Source of the DNA: Macrostomum lignano
Lineage: Eukaryota
DNA length: 64,000 nt
Reading direction: 5' to 3'
Assembly (NCBI GenBank): GCA_002269645.1
Contig: NIVC01001021.1
Location: 310,001-374,000 of the forward strand
The first letter of the stretch is position 1. Each line of letters starts with the position of its first letter. The notes below the pieces were generated by a model that saw only the letters and a list, made by a program, of their open reading frames with translations, was not told the origin of the DNA and did not search any database. A program made the translations under genes and the position numbers. Below, one piece after another: positions 39,774 to 52,015 of the stretch.

Positions 39774-42700
39774 TCACACTATCTCGAGTCGAGCATCGGT
39801 CCCGATGTACTTTGCTTTATTGGCGCAGAACAACAATTCCAAATCACTTATGTAGCGATTGAGCAGATCGCGAGCTTGTTCATCAGTTGGTTCGTAATTT
39901 TTCTCCACCTTAATTGGTGCCCCAACTGCAAGGTAAAAAAAGAAAAAGAGATAATTAAGTTCATATCTATATAATTAGAATTATTTTTTACGTTTTCTAA
40001 TAATAAAAATAGGAAGCGTTACATAAAAGCTAGATTTCTGAGGAATAAAAACAATTGTCTGCATTAAACTTTAAGTCACGTGACTACGAGTATGTATGTA
40101 CATTTGCGTCGCCAGTCTATTTTTAGCTCAAAAAGCGGGTGTGACCCAAGGACGACTAGTGACCTTGAGAATCTCCTCACCGTTTGTACTGGCAACAGGC
40201 GCGACCAAAGTATGTCACGTGATTGCTCTTAACTGTGTGTGTGTGCTATTAGTAGAAACTGCCGGGCGATTCCCAAGGTCGCACCTGCTTTTCTGTTGTT
40301 AAAATTTGACGAAATCTCACATTGTCGAAATCAATCACATAGTAATTCTCTTACTTAATATTACCACCTAAGTAATGGAATCTCTTCAGCTGAAGTTTAT
40401 TACCTGGATAATGGGGATTCAAGTTGATGATGAACTATTTTTTTACGATTTGAAACTTCGATGATGTGAAAGCTTTCGCTTATTGTCCTCTGAGGAGAGA
40501 TTGTAACTACTGAAAGTAGCGTAATACCACAGATAAAATTCTCACTAATTTAATTAATTAAACCTCAAATCAGATAAAGTAGCGATGAAGTCGCCCAAAC
40601 GCTCACCAACGGTGTTGATAGGCTTAGCGAATGGCAGCAAGCCGTGCCCACTGAAGATTGGCATTGAGAAGCCGAAAATTTTCACCAAGAAGTTCTGCAC
40701 CGCCCGCAGCGGGCTGCCGGCTCGGTTGTTCACCTGGTTGAACAGGTCGATTTCGCCGAAGGAAAAACACGGCACCAGGCTGGATCTGGAAGTCAGTTTT
40801 GTTGGGAGTTTGATTTTCAATCAATTGTCTTATTGAAATGTCTTTTGTGGTAAATTAAAAATGATGAAGACAGAAAAAGATGGAGGGAGAAAGGCTGAAA
40901 TGAAAGGAGAAAAGGTGAGACAGATGGGCTGAGATGAAGGGAGAGAAACTGAGGCAGACGGGCTGAGATGAAGGGGGAGAAACTGAGGCAGACGGGCTGA
41001 GATGAAGGGGGAGAATCTGAGGCAGACGGGCTGAGATGAAGGGGGAGAAACTGAGACAGACGGGCTGAGATGAAGGGGGAGAAACTGAGGCAGACGGGCT
41101 GAGATGAAGGGGGAGAATCTGAGGCAGACGGGCTGAGATGAAGGGAGAGAAACTGAGACAGACGGGCTGAGATGAAGGGAGAGAAACTGAGGCAGACGGG
41201 CTGAGATGAAAGGAGAGAAGTTAAGACAGACTAGCTGAGATGAAGGGAGAGAAGTTAAGACAGACGGGCTGAGATGAAGGGAGAGAAACTGAGACAGACG
41301 GGCTGAGATGAAGGGAGAGAAACTGAGGCAGACGGGCTGAGATGAAGGGGGAGAATCTGAGACAGACGGGCTGAGATGAAGGGAGAGAAACTGAGGCAGA
41401 CGGGCTGAGATGAAGGGGGAGAATCTGAGGCAGACGGGCTGAGATGAAGGGGGAGAATCTGAGGCAGACGGGCTGAGATGAAGGGGGAGAATCTGAGACA
41501 GACGGGCTGAGATGAAGGGAGAGAAACTGAGACAGACGGGCTGAGATGAAGGGGGAGAATCTGAGGCAGACGGGCTGAGATGAAGGGGGAGAATCTGAGG
41601 CAGACGGGCTGAGATGAAGGGGGAGAATCTGAGGCAGACGGGCTGAGATGAAGGGGGAGAATCTGAGGCAGACGGGCTGAGATGAAGGGGGAGAATCTGA
41701 GGCAGACGGGCTGAGATGAAGGGGGAGAATCTGAGGCAGACGGGCTGAGATGAAGGGGGAGAATCTGAGGCAGACGGGCTGAGATGAAGGGGGAGAATCT
41801 GAGGCAGACGGGCTGAGATGAAGGGGGAGAATCTGAGGCAGACGGGCTGAGATGAAGGGGGAGAATCTGAGGCAGACGGGCTGAGATGAAGGGGGAGAAT
41901 CTGAGGCAGACGGGCTGAGATGAAGGGGGAGAAACTGAGACAGACGGGCTGAGATGAAGGGGGGAGAATCTGAGGCAGACGGGCTGAGATGGAGGTGAGA
42001 GGCGCAGAATCGAACTCCTGACCCAGTCTGCATGGCCAGCCGCACAAAGCCCAGCTTGTTGCGTAGGTGCACCCTGTACACGGTTCCCGGATGCGAGTCC
42101 AGAGCTTCCACTGCTCCGCCCGGAATGACGCAGACCAACTGACCACCGGCAGTCTTGCGACGCTGAAGAACGTTTTGCAGACTCTCCTTGCGCACGGAGA
42201 TCACGCCTGCATGGGGGGGGTCAAGTTAAAGTGTTTTTTTATTTTTCCGATTAGTTTTGCATTGTAGCTGCTCAACAATATTATTTTGTACTTTTACTAG
42301 TTCGGAGGATCCATGGTGCAAGATGTGCAGAGGGGAAGCAGGGAGGAAGGTATAGATAAGTAAAAAATACTGCAAAAATAGTAAGATGCGCTTTTCAAAT
42401 GCAGATGAAATTAGGGGAAGAGCAGAACAGATCAGTTCATTGCTCACCGGAGCACATGAAGTACTCCCGGTACAACGGGAAGTCAAAATGGCCGTCAAGC
42501 ACGCTCAGGTACGGAGTTATTCCTGGAAATTTCCTACTGAACTCGGTAGCTTCGGTGGCGAAGTTAAGAAAAGCGCCCGTGCTCAGGACGCCGTGCGGAT
42601 GGTAGCCAAGCACGTAGTTCTCCTTGGGATCCAGTTCGCAGGTAGGGTGCAGTTTCACCGGGAAGTACTCGGCCATCCGACGCCAGAGGCCCCAGCGGCG

Positions 42701-42895
42701 CACCCAGTTGACTCGGCGACCACCCCGACGTGGCGTGTCCCGGTCGTAGTAGTACCAGACTCCGTAGAGCAGGACTGCGGACCACCAGCTGGTGCGAAAC
42801 AGAATCAACATGATGGCTGCGCAGCCGGGACCCACCAGCAGGAAGGTCAGCACCCATTGCAGCACGGCGAACTTCTTCCAGGTTTGCAGGTCCAT
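39774..42895 (-). CDS. MOGAT: DGAT2/MOGAT-family acyltransferase, 4 exons (~320 aa if one G is restored at the start of exon 4)
   Basis: Exons 42895-42448 (YFP, GYHPHG active-site motif), 42206-42023 (VIPGGAVEAL..GFVRLA), 40785-40607 (SLVPCFSFGE..GLLPFAKPINTV) and 39924-39774 (APIKVEK..YISDLELLF..KAKY). GT-AG junctions are phase compatible except exon 3 to 4 (sum 962 nt, 1 nt short). Confidence 0.88.
40895..41998. repeat. 34-bp minisatellite GGGCTGAGATGAAGGGGGAGAATCTGAGGCAGAC filling MOGAT intron 2
   Basis: About 32 copies. Confidence 0.95.
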
Positions 42896-44242
42896 GCGTA
42901 TTCGTATTCTAATCTGTTTGATTACGAGTTCGAATCTTAATTAAAAAGATCGAATCCGTTTATGTATTAAAAAGCAATTCTGTTTATAAGCATTAAGTTA
43001 TGTGTAGTAGTATAAGCTATAGTTAATTCAATTGCAAACTAAATGTAACTTACCAGTGTATAGCTGAAACTGCTATGCACTGCAGTTATAATTGAGTAGG
43101 TTTACCTAGCTCTTAGTCAAATTTAGCTTGAAAATCTTCGTATATAATTTTCTAGAGTATCTGGCGAAACACGTTGGGTCGATCGAAAATCCAGTCTTTT
43201 CACAACGGGCAGGAATTTGGGGCAATTTCTGTACAGTGAGCGACGAGTGTACTGCAGTCCGAAAGCTGCAGTAGCTTATCATTGAAATGATTGACCCTGA
43301 ACAGGCTGGCATCCAGGTGTCTGAGTGATAAAACCCCAACCACTTACTCACTTCTCTTAGCAGTCAGTCACACTCGCTCGTATTGTGCGCAAAGAGCTGG
43401 AACTTAGGCCAGAGAGAAAGAAAATTCAAACGAGTGCATACATGGAAAAGTGTACATTCGGGCCTCTCTGTCAGCTGATAAGTTAACGAAAAGATTGTTG
43501 CTAAAGACCCCAGAAACTTTGCATTTATTGTATAGAGAAGTGTTTTCGATTTTTTACGCTGTTGCGGCGTGTGTCAGTGTGAGCTGGCGGAACTGTTTTG
43601 ATTGTGTAGCAAAGGTCGAAATTAATATGATTAGGTCTAGTCAGTCTTCTATATTTGAAAAAAATAAGCAGAACTCAGACTCAGAAAGTCAGTTTTTTTA
43701 TTTTGGCGCTTTACAATCGAATGACAGAAAGACCGAATGAAGCGAAATTGAGCTTTTGAAATATACGCTTGTAAGCATGGTTTCGGGGTGCATGGAAACT
43801 TTACCAATGTTGCTGAGCGTATGTGTTCTTGCTTACATGTAATTGTTATTGTTGGTTACATGTACAGCTGGCGATGTCTGGCAGGTGCATTAACTCAATA
43901 ACGTGTGACAGAACCGCAAGAATGCAAAAAGACCCGTTCCGTCACTCGTCTTTGACATCAGAGACGTAGCCTGAAGGTATTTCACTTGTTATACTGTAAT
44001 ACATGCACGTTCTACATATTTTGCCAGTCTGCTGCTCGCCAAAGAGTTTGATAAACTCTGGAACCCCGCATGGAGGCAGCTGAATCACCGAATGGCATTG
44101 CTTATTAACTTTTGATTCGAGAGAGGTAACTACAATGCTGAGTAGCCTTTTACAAATCTGCACCAGGATGCAAGAAGTCGATACGTGTGTGCGCCTATAA
44201 CGAATGCTAAAATCCATTCATTTATTCAACTGTCCAGTCCAG

Positions 44243-45169
44243 TTAGTGGTCTTTTCCGTTCGACTGCTTTCCAGCAACAACAGCCTGCAACGGTCCCTGA
44301 CCGGTGAATGCGGACGGCTCTCGAAACGAGCTGCCCAGACGATCCCAGAGAGTAAAAAACTGGCCATAATTGTAGTTGTAGAACAGGTGGTGATCGGTGT
44401 GGTGCGCGCTACCATTGATGAAAGGCTTGAGCAGAGTTGGCACCCGGTAATAACCGTCGTGAATTGACACTGTCCACACGTTGACAAACACGAACAAGCC
44501 CAAGTAGGTGAGCTTGTGCAGCGGAAACAAAAACGGGAAGACGTGATACGGCAGGCTCTGCACAAATCCGTCCAGCGGGTGAAAAGCGTGGCTAGCGAAC
44601 GGTGTCGGCACCTTCCAGATGTGATGGCCCTTGTGGATGTGCTTGTACACCAGTTTGTGGTGCAGGAACCGGTGAATCCAATAGATCAGGCAGTCCGTGA
44701 ACAAGATGAAGCTGATCACGGTGATGGGCAGGGTCATGTAGCCTGATGAGGGAAATCGGTGACGCCAATATAGTACATTACGAGCATAGTTGCAGCTAGT
44801 GGAAGTTATGCTAACCAAGGGCTCACCCAGTCGAGTGTCCCCGTACGAGTCGTAGAGCTTGGCGTGGCCCCGCACCTCGAAGAAGAACACAGCAGTGGTG
44901 AGCACGCCCATAATAGGTATGGACTTAGACGCATAGGTAATCTCGCGTCTTATCTGATCCTTCAGAATTAACGGATGCTGCAACAGTCGCTTGTCAAATA
45001 AAAGTACATAGCCAAGCCAGGCCGTGGCCAGATACAGAAAGTAGCCGCCGGCTGTCGTGATGACAAACAGGCTGAACAATTGCCTGTAGGGATTTGTCGA
45101 CTCAATGCTAGAAGGATAAACGTAAGGCGTCAATAGCCAATTATCAGCAAAGTCGAGTACAAGGTCCAT
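44243..45169 (-). CDS. SC5D: Sterol C5-desaturase (lathosterol oxidase, ERG3), ~280 aa after removing an 84-nt in-frame intron
   Basis: His boxes HRFLH, HKGHH, HHTDHH; motifs TPFASHAFHPLDG and NYGQFFTLWDR. Probable exons 45169-44827 and 44742-44243 (gtgagc..ctcatcag). Confidence 0.95.
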   Translation of the reverse strand: MDLVLDFADNWLLTPYVYPSSIESTNPYRQLFSLFVITTAGGYFLYLATAWLGYVLLFDKRLLQHPLILKDQIRREITYASKSIPIMGVLTTAVFFFEVRGHAKLYDSYGDTRLGEPLVSITSTSCNYARNVLYWRHRFPSSGYMTLPITVISFILFTDCLIYWIHRFLHHKLVYKHIHKGHHIWKVPTPFASHAFHPLDGFVQSLPYHVFPFLFPLHKLTYLGLFVFVNVWTVSIHDGYYRVPTLLKPFINGSAHHTDHHLFYNYNYGQFFTLWDRLGSSFREPSAFTGQGPLQAVVAGKQSNGKDH

Positions 45170-45863
45170 GGCCCTGAGCTTCGTATGGTTTGAAAACGAC
45201 TTAAGGAAAATTAACTTGTTAACTAAACCTGTTTTTTAAAACTGTATAATCTCGTGATTTTATAGTTCTATCTTTAACACTAGCGGCCTTGAAATTTTCA
45301 ACTGTGTGTTTTCCTAATTTAGGAGGAAAGAGGCAACTACTGTATAGAAAACAGGCGACGCAGAATGTTCAACTAACTGGCTTCAAATTAATTTCCTAAG
45401 ACCTTAGCTCTTTACTGTACAGGCAGGAGAGGTTGCAGAGCGTACATTAAAAAAGGAGAGAGAGAGGTTAGAGAGAGGATGTACGTTGCGATAACAGTCC
45501 AGCAAACTGTACACCACACTAATTCTCGTCTCGCTGAGGGCAGGGGGTTGCGGCGTACAACAACGTGATATCTACCCGCGACGCTTTAAACTTTAAAGCT
45601 TGTCCTAATTTTTCTACTCACAGTAGTAGTCATCCGATTATTTAACTTTTTGTTTTTATCTATTAACTTTGTTGACTTTTTAATTTTAACTACACGGCTA
45701 CGTGCATTTTAGTCACGAGTAACGGAAAAAGCCGTTTTTCTCAGGTTTACTTGACCATAGACTAAACTGGAATGCCTTGGACATTCATAGAGCTTAGCTG
45801 CTTGTTAATACTATCGGGTGATTAAATAAGAGAGGTGAATCCCCTCCTGCAAGCTAAGGAAGC

Positions 45864-48824
45864 ATGGACTATTCGAGCTCCGGCAAAATGCTTGTCAGTG
45901 TAAAGAAGCAGCGTAGAAGCATCGTACTGACACCAGCTCTGATTGCCAGCGCAAACAACCTGATGCGCGATGCTGCACAGGACTCGATAGTTAGAAACAA
46001 GTTGCGACGACAAACCCTGTCTAGAATGTTCGAGGCCGTCGATTCGGGTTTGCTGACTTCAGATGTCAAGCGAGGCTTTCTAGAGTTTGCATCGACTACC
46101 GATCTGTCGTATGTTACGGGGGCGAGGCAGTTGAAAACGCTGTGCGGTCACGCAGTTCAAGTGCCTGCTTTTTCAGGCGAAGGAGCTCAGCAATTATCGC
46201 CTTCGGCCGTAGACTCAGTTTGTCCGGTGCACAGTCTGCTCATGGCTGAGAGTAGCTCATTTTTTGATGCGCTAATTAAGTATTCGAGAAACAGGTAGGA
46301 ATGCGCAATTCTCATTTGAATCCTAATATGACTAAGGATATTTAAATTACATCAAATAGTACTTTCGTTTGATATCCTATCTATCGAATAGTCACTTACT
46401 ACATTCAGGTAGAATAAAGCATGCTTGTTTCGGCCCCTAATAGACCTGATGAGAGCTGCAAATGTATATGGATGAAAATACTCTTTTAGTATACGGTTTG
46501 CAATTAGAAGAAAGAAATTTTAACGTTTTCTCGCAGTCTGCGACGTCACGAGTTGTAAGTGCAATTACAATACAAAAAGCACCGCTTCAATCACACTTTT
46601 ATAGTAACCTTCAGCTTCCGTACGGCGAATGCGGCTTCCTCAAGCAAGAAATTAATGAAATTTTGAACGCGATGATCAACGGAGAGGACGCCATTGCCGT
46701 TCGTGAGGACAACTGCGTCGATCTTTACCAAGCCGCCGATTACCTGCTCTACCAGGATTTGCGCGTTAAAACGCTTGATTATATCAAGGAGCAGTGCGCC
46801 AGAAACCTGAGCCTCGCCCTCGATATCTGGGCCTTCTCAGAGGTGTACTACCTGCCAGAGCTCAACGGTCTGGCGTTCGACCAGATAATACGCAGTTTTC
46901 CTCGCGCAATTCAGGAGTCGCTATGGCCGCAACTGGAATTCGATATGGTGCACCGGTTGCTGAGCCATCCGGGCATCAACTGCAGCTCAGAGCTGGCTGT
47001 TCTGGACGCCGCTTTGCGTTGGCTTGACGTCGATTGGCCAAAGCGGTCAGCTCACGGCGAGTCTCTGCTGTCCTGCGTTCGTCTTGGTCTAATGAATACG
47101 AGAGAACTTGGCGTCCTGATGCAGCACGAGATGCTCAGCCGATTTCCTAGTCTGCTGGCGCTTCTGAAATCGTTTCCCAACGTGCCGTCTAACCTATTCG
47201 ACGTCTATCGTCGAAACTCGGACAATCTTGCATTCGCATCCACGCCCCGGGAGCCGCACGAGGCCGTCATGCTGTTCGGCGGCTGGTGCCAAGAGTTCGG
47301 GCCGAGGGCCGCCTGCCAGGTGTTCAATCCGCGCGCCAACACCTGGACAATGTGGTCACCGAATGCGTCCAGACCTTCGAACGACATTGGCCAAGTGGAG
47401 CGACGAGTCTACTCAGGCTGTCTTGTAGTTAACGATGTTCTTCATCTAATTGGCGGTTTCGACGGCGAGAGAGCTCTGAATACGGTGTCGTGCTACAACT
47501 TGAAGACTCAAGCCGGCTGGTACGAGGGCTCCTGCATGATCTACAAGCGGTACTACGTCTGCTGCGCCTCCATCGGCAGCCAAATGTTCGCAATTGGCGG
47601 CCACAGCGGCGAAACGCAGGACAGATGCGGCGGCCGACTGGACTCGGTGGAGAAGACCAGCGTCGACGACAACAGCTGGCTGCCCGTGGCCAGCATGCGG
47701 ACGGTGCGAAGTGACGCTGGTGCCGCTGCGCTTAACGGACGAATCTACGTTGCCGGCGGTTTCAACGGCCAGCAGTACCACGACACCGCCGAAGTGTACG
47801 ATCCGGCCACCGATCAGTGGAGCTTCATCAGTCGGATGAACTTCTGTCGTGGCGGCGTATCTCTAGTTGCTATGGGCAACACGCTGTACGCCATCGGCGG
47901 CAACGACGGCCAAAGTCGATTGGCAGTGGTTGAAGCTTATCAGCACGAGAGCGAAGGTTGGGTGTTCTCGGGAAGGGTGAGCGCCTTTTCTGTCAATTAA
48001 TTTTTACCTGTGTAGCCAATTATAACCAGAAAATTCGGCCCTACGGACGCCTGCATTGAAATCCAATTAATTTTGAAATTCAAAGGTTGCTTCTAAGACT
48101 AAGGTTTCATGCATGAACTCCTCTCTATATTTTCAATAAAATTCGAAGCAAAATACGATGCAGAACTATTAGGGCTCATAAACACTGACTGCCGAATTTT
48201 TAATTGAATGCTTAATCCCAAAACTCAGATTCAGTCTATACAGTGTCTGCCTACCTGTATTCTCTTCTACCCTCCTACCTAACCTACTTACCTACCTACC
48301 TACCTACCCACCTACGTACCTACTACCTACCCACTTAACTTTACTGCCTATGTACCTTGTACCTACCTACATACCTACATACCTACTTACCTACTTACCT
48401 ACCTACCTACCCCTAACTACCTACCTGCCAATATACATCTCAGCTTCGGCGTCAGAAGAGCAACCTGTCCACAGCGGTGCTCGAGGGCGGCATCATGGTG
48501 ATGGGCGGCTGGTCCGATCAGCCCACAGTTGGCATCTTATCCACCGTCGAGAAGTTCAACCCGACCGCAGACGGCGCCACGGAGCAGCTGGCAGATCTGT
48601 CTTACGCAGCGTCGGCCACGTCGGCATGCACAATCGCTGGTCGCGAGCTGATTAAGCGTTACCTAGGCAACCAGCTGCTGCGCGCCTCGAATCCCTGGCA
48701 CGTGTCAGCCAGTCCGGCAGCCGCCGGTGAGGCAGCAGCACCCGAGGAGATCAACTCGGAGCCGGAGGGCTCCACTGACACGCATTTCATTCAGTCATCT
48801 CAGGACGCCGACCTGCTCTCGTGA
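45864..48824 (+). CDS. KLHL10: BTB-BACK-Kelch protein, KLHL10-like, 3 exons, ~727 aa
   Basis: Exons 45864-46294 (BTB start HSLLMAESSSFFDAL), 46605-47976 (BACK plus Kelch repeats, e.g. RSDAGAAALNGRIYVAGGFNG) and 48444-48824 (last Kelch and SATSACTIAG, like KLHL10 SALSCCVVPG); phases 2 and 0 are consistent. The family call is firm; the KLHL10 label is a best match from memory. Confidence 0.82.
48275..48430. repeat. Imperfect (CTAC)n microsatellite in Kelch gene intron 2
   Basis: Directly visible. Confidence 0.85.
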
Positions 48825-49371
48825 CACGGGGCAGGTGCAAAATAAATAACGGATTTATTTTTAGCCTTATTTTTGCCAACCCCCACCCCAGTTGTGGAAA
48901 TTGCCCCGCAGTGGGCGGCATTGTATTTCGCATTGTCGCCTACCTTATACGAGGACATTAATTTGGTTTTCCTCTACGGTCCGTTTAATAACTAATCACA
49001 AACACAGATGCGTTTTAAACAAAGAGCTAGAGCAGACGCAGTTCTTGGATAATTGTTTTAGTTTTACCATTTTGACTTGTCTCTCCGTCCGTACAAAAAA
49101 TATATCATTCGGCTTGCTTATCAACTGCGCGCTCGATTCCATTTATTCGACTCTTGTCGTTCCTTGTTGTAACAACTTATTTTGCTTCTTCCCAGCTGTA
49201 CTAGCTAGATTACGCTTGTTAGTTAGTGGCTTTGGTTAAAGTCTGCGAAGCCGCAAAGATAAAAGATAAAAGCATGTTGAATAGAATTTGGATGGTTTCG
49301 CATAGTAAACGTCCATATACTAAAAATGGCATTAAAGATTGCATGAACCATAGAAACTCGTTGTCCAAGTA

Positions 49372-49646
49372 TAGCTTTTTGCGATTGAATTCAGCCAAAC
49401 TGCAAAACCTTTCAGCCAATGGAGATTTTGCCTTCACTTCGGCGGCTTCTACCATAGACTATTTAGGACAGACCGGCTAGCTTTCAGCCTTTCAGCCTTT
49501 CAGCCAAGACTTTCAGTCAGTGATTTTCTCACACAGCTAACCGGTGTGTCCTAAATAGTCTGTGGTAGAAGCCGCCGAAGTGAAGGCAAAATCTCCAATT
49601 GGCTGAAAGGTTTTGCAGTTTGGCCGAATTCAATCACAAAAAGCTA
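49372..49646. repeat. Foldback: ~111-bp inverted arms with a 52-nt loop (MITE-like)
   Basis: 49372-49482 versus the reverse complement of 49535-49646: 5 mismatches and 1 indel; TA at both outer ends. Confidence 0.9.
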
Positions 49647-50278
49647 AATTCCCCTGTTGCCCGCCAATGCATTCTATGACTTCAAGTATTTCATGCAATG
49701 TTCGTCCCAGATGTTTATCGCCCCAGGCGTCTGTGAGTTGTCCATGGTAACAATTATCAAAAAACTTTAAAGCTCACTTTCAGGGAGGTTATTGACATAG
49801 ATTTTATTTTGCGGGATTTAATCGATAACTTTCCCGGACATATTGCAAGGATTATTGTATGTATCTAAATAAGCGAGCTTCTCTCTTCTCTTCCTTCGTG
49901 ACTCGAGAAATTTCTTAATGAAATTTTGTCTATGGTAAGAATGTGGAGGCTTCGCCCCCACACCCCCATCCCCAACTTCAACCATAGACATGCTCGTACA
50001 AGTATGGCTCCAGGATTTATCTGAATACAGCCCGCAAAATTAAAGTAGTGTAAAATAGGATATTCTATGAGTTTGCGGTCGGTATTTATCGACCTCAACC
50101 CCATAGAACATCTTATACTTATTATCCCGAAAAATTGTTGAATACGAGATGAAACATTTCTTTTCTCGGGAGCTACGGCATACTCGTAATGCGTCGTCAC
50201 GTCCGCTGGTCTGGTTCTGTGCGTGACTACGTACACTTATTTGGATCTTGTGCAGGAAAATTTACGCCTTGAGTTGTC

Positions 50279-51040
50279 GTGTGATTCACAGCCGTGAGGG
50301 CCAACCCCCAAGGCACAGAGAGTGTACATGCCTGAGGATTAGAAAATCAGGGCCGCTGTACACCCCACCCCGTACATGCGGGATGTTTTGACTTAACTTG
50401 ACTTAGCTGTAGGGTGGTCCGCCGGTCCGTCCTGCAGCGTGATCTTCCGTAGGGAAGAAAGTGGCTCGTCTTGTCGCCCGGAGGAACTGGATGAGCCGTG
50501 GGATGCTGTCGGGCTGGCAGACCTCGTCAATGCACGGGTTCGGCCCGAGGTAGCGTAGCCGGTCTCTGGTAAAGAAGGCGCGGTGACAAACAAAGTGCTG
50601 AGCGTCTTCATTGTCGTACTCGCAAAAAGGGCAAAGTTCGCTCTCGAGGTCACCTCGGAGGAAGCAGTGTCTGGCGAGGTAGCCATGACCGGTAAAGGTC
50701 ATGACAAGGGCTCGAATATCCTTCCGATTTTGGTTCAGAAGGACGTTTCTGAGCCTGCGAGAGGGGCACGGAACTGCAGCACGTGATTGCCGGCAGTTTT
50801 GGGTGCCCGCCCATCTGTCCCTGTGAAGAGAATCAGCCCAGCCATCGATCTGACGATTGATGACCGTAGAAGGGATAGGGACCAGGGGGGCAGGGCCAAA
50901 GAAAGAGCCAGAGCCGCCCCTCTTGGCGAGGGTGTCTGCCAGCTCGTTCCCCGGAAACCCGGAATCCACTTCAGCCTGACAGTATTGCTACTGGCCAGGA
51001 GATTGAGCTGCCGGGCGCAATCACGATGTCACTGAGAGCA
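50279..51040 (-). mobile_element. 5'-truncated, frameshifted non-LTR retrotransposon (RNase H-bearing I/R1/LOA-type): end of ORF2 plus 3' UTR
   Basis: VRLKWIPG (frameshift) FPGNELADTLAK is the RNase H C-terminus; TGHG..CPFC..EDAQHF..H is the zinc-knuckle region; stop at 50403 followed by a conserved 3' UTR. Confidence 0.88.
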
Positions 51041-51732
51041 TTGCGTCAGGTGCCTACAAGCCTCCTGCAATTATTATTATTATATACAGGTGCGTTGGCC
51101 TCTTATGACCATAAGCTATTAACTATTGTCATTAGCCTCAAATTAAAGTGGACAAGCGAGTGCGCGGAATGGAACCCAGGTGGCACCGTTGAGCTTATTG
51201 TGCCTGTTTAATGGCATGCCGACAAGCAAAACTCTACAATTGCAGGTTAGCAGGTGCGTGATCAATGCAGCCTAATAATTATATTTTCCAACTGATTAAA
51301 AAGAGGCGAGTCTCGATATTTGTTCTCGGCCACAAAAATCTCAATAAACAAGCCTTTGATTTAGATCTAATAGCCCTTATTTTCGTTATTGAACAACAAG
51401 ACATCAAAAATTGGCCGATTGAGTGGCAAATAGAGAACGAAATGAACTGAAAAAAATGTTGCTGCCTTTTTGAAAAATACAAAAAGTACAAAGGCAGCGA
51501 GCGAGAGAGAGAGAGAGAGAGAGAGGTAAAGAAATAAAATTGACTGGAGGAGGACGTTTCTTCTCAACTGCTTGGGGTTTTGGTTTTTGTTGTCTCTGGG
51601 TGACTGGATGCGTACTGGCGCCCGGTGATTGGCTGAGGGCCGCGGGTTTCAAGCACAAGTACTGCATGCTTGTCCTTGCTTGAGTGCCTGGGAACCAACT
51701 CAGAAAAATACTGGGATCCGCCCATTATTATC

Positions 51733-51905
51733 TATCTTCTCTCTATCCCCTCTCTATCCCCTCTCTATTCCCTCTCTATCCCCTCTCTATCCCCTCTCTA
51801 TCCCCTCTCTATCTCCTCTCTATCCCCTCTCTATCCCCTCTCTATCTCCTCTCTATCCCCTCTCTATCCCCTCTCTATCCCCTCTCTATCCCCTCTCTAT
51901 CCCCA
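51733..51905. repeat. 11-bp repeat CTCTCTATCCC
   Basis: About 15 copies. Confidence 0.92.
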
Positions 51906-51986
51906 TTCCATTCCGAGGGGGAAATATCTATAATCATAAGCTAGAATTCATGCTATAAAATCATTTGCTTTCTAGTAGGTACAGCA

Positions 51987-52015
51987 GTCACGTGATGACT
52001 CAACGGTCACGTGAC
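51987..52015. promoter_or_regulatory. Composite E-box / AP-1 / E-box motif cluster upstream of the GPCR
   Basis: GTCACGTGA (51987-51995), TGACTCA (51996-52002), GTCACGTGAC (52006-52015). Motif match only. Confidence 0.4.

Noticed and set aside
40830-42204. 438-aa and 327-aa minus-strand ORFs
   Set aside because: Read-through from MOGAT exon 2 into the 34-bp intronic array; only 42206-42023 is coding.
43942-44217. 91-aa minus-strand ORF between SC5D and MOGAT
   Set aside because: No recognisable motif; may be the SC5D 3' UTR. A tblastx or RNA-seq check would settle it.
50281-50355. Hammerhead-like core CTGAGGA-TTA-GAAA on the + strand
   Set aside because: Stem I cannot form, and the core is not conserved in the other copies (CTAACGA, CCGATGA); pairing is better explained on the opposite strand.
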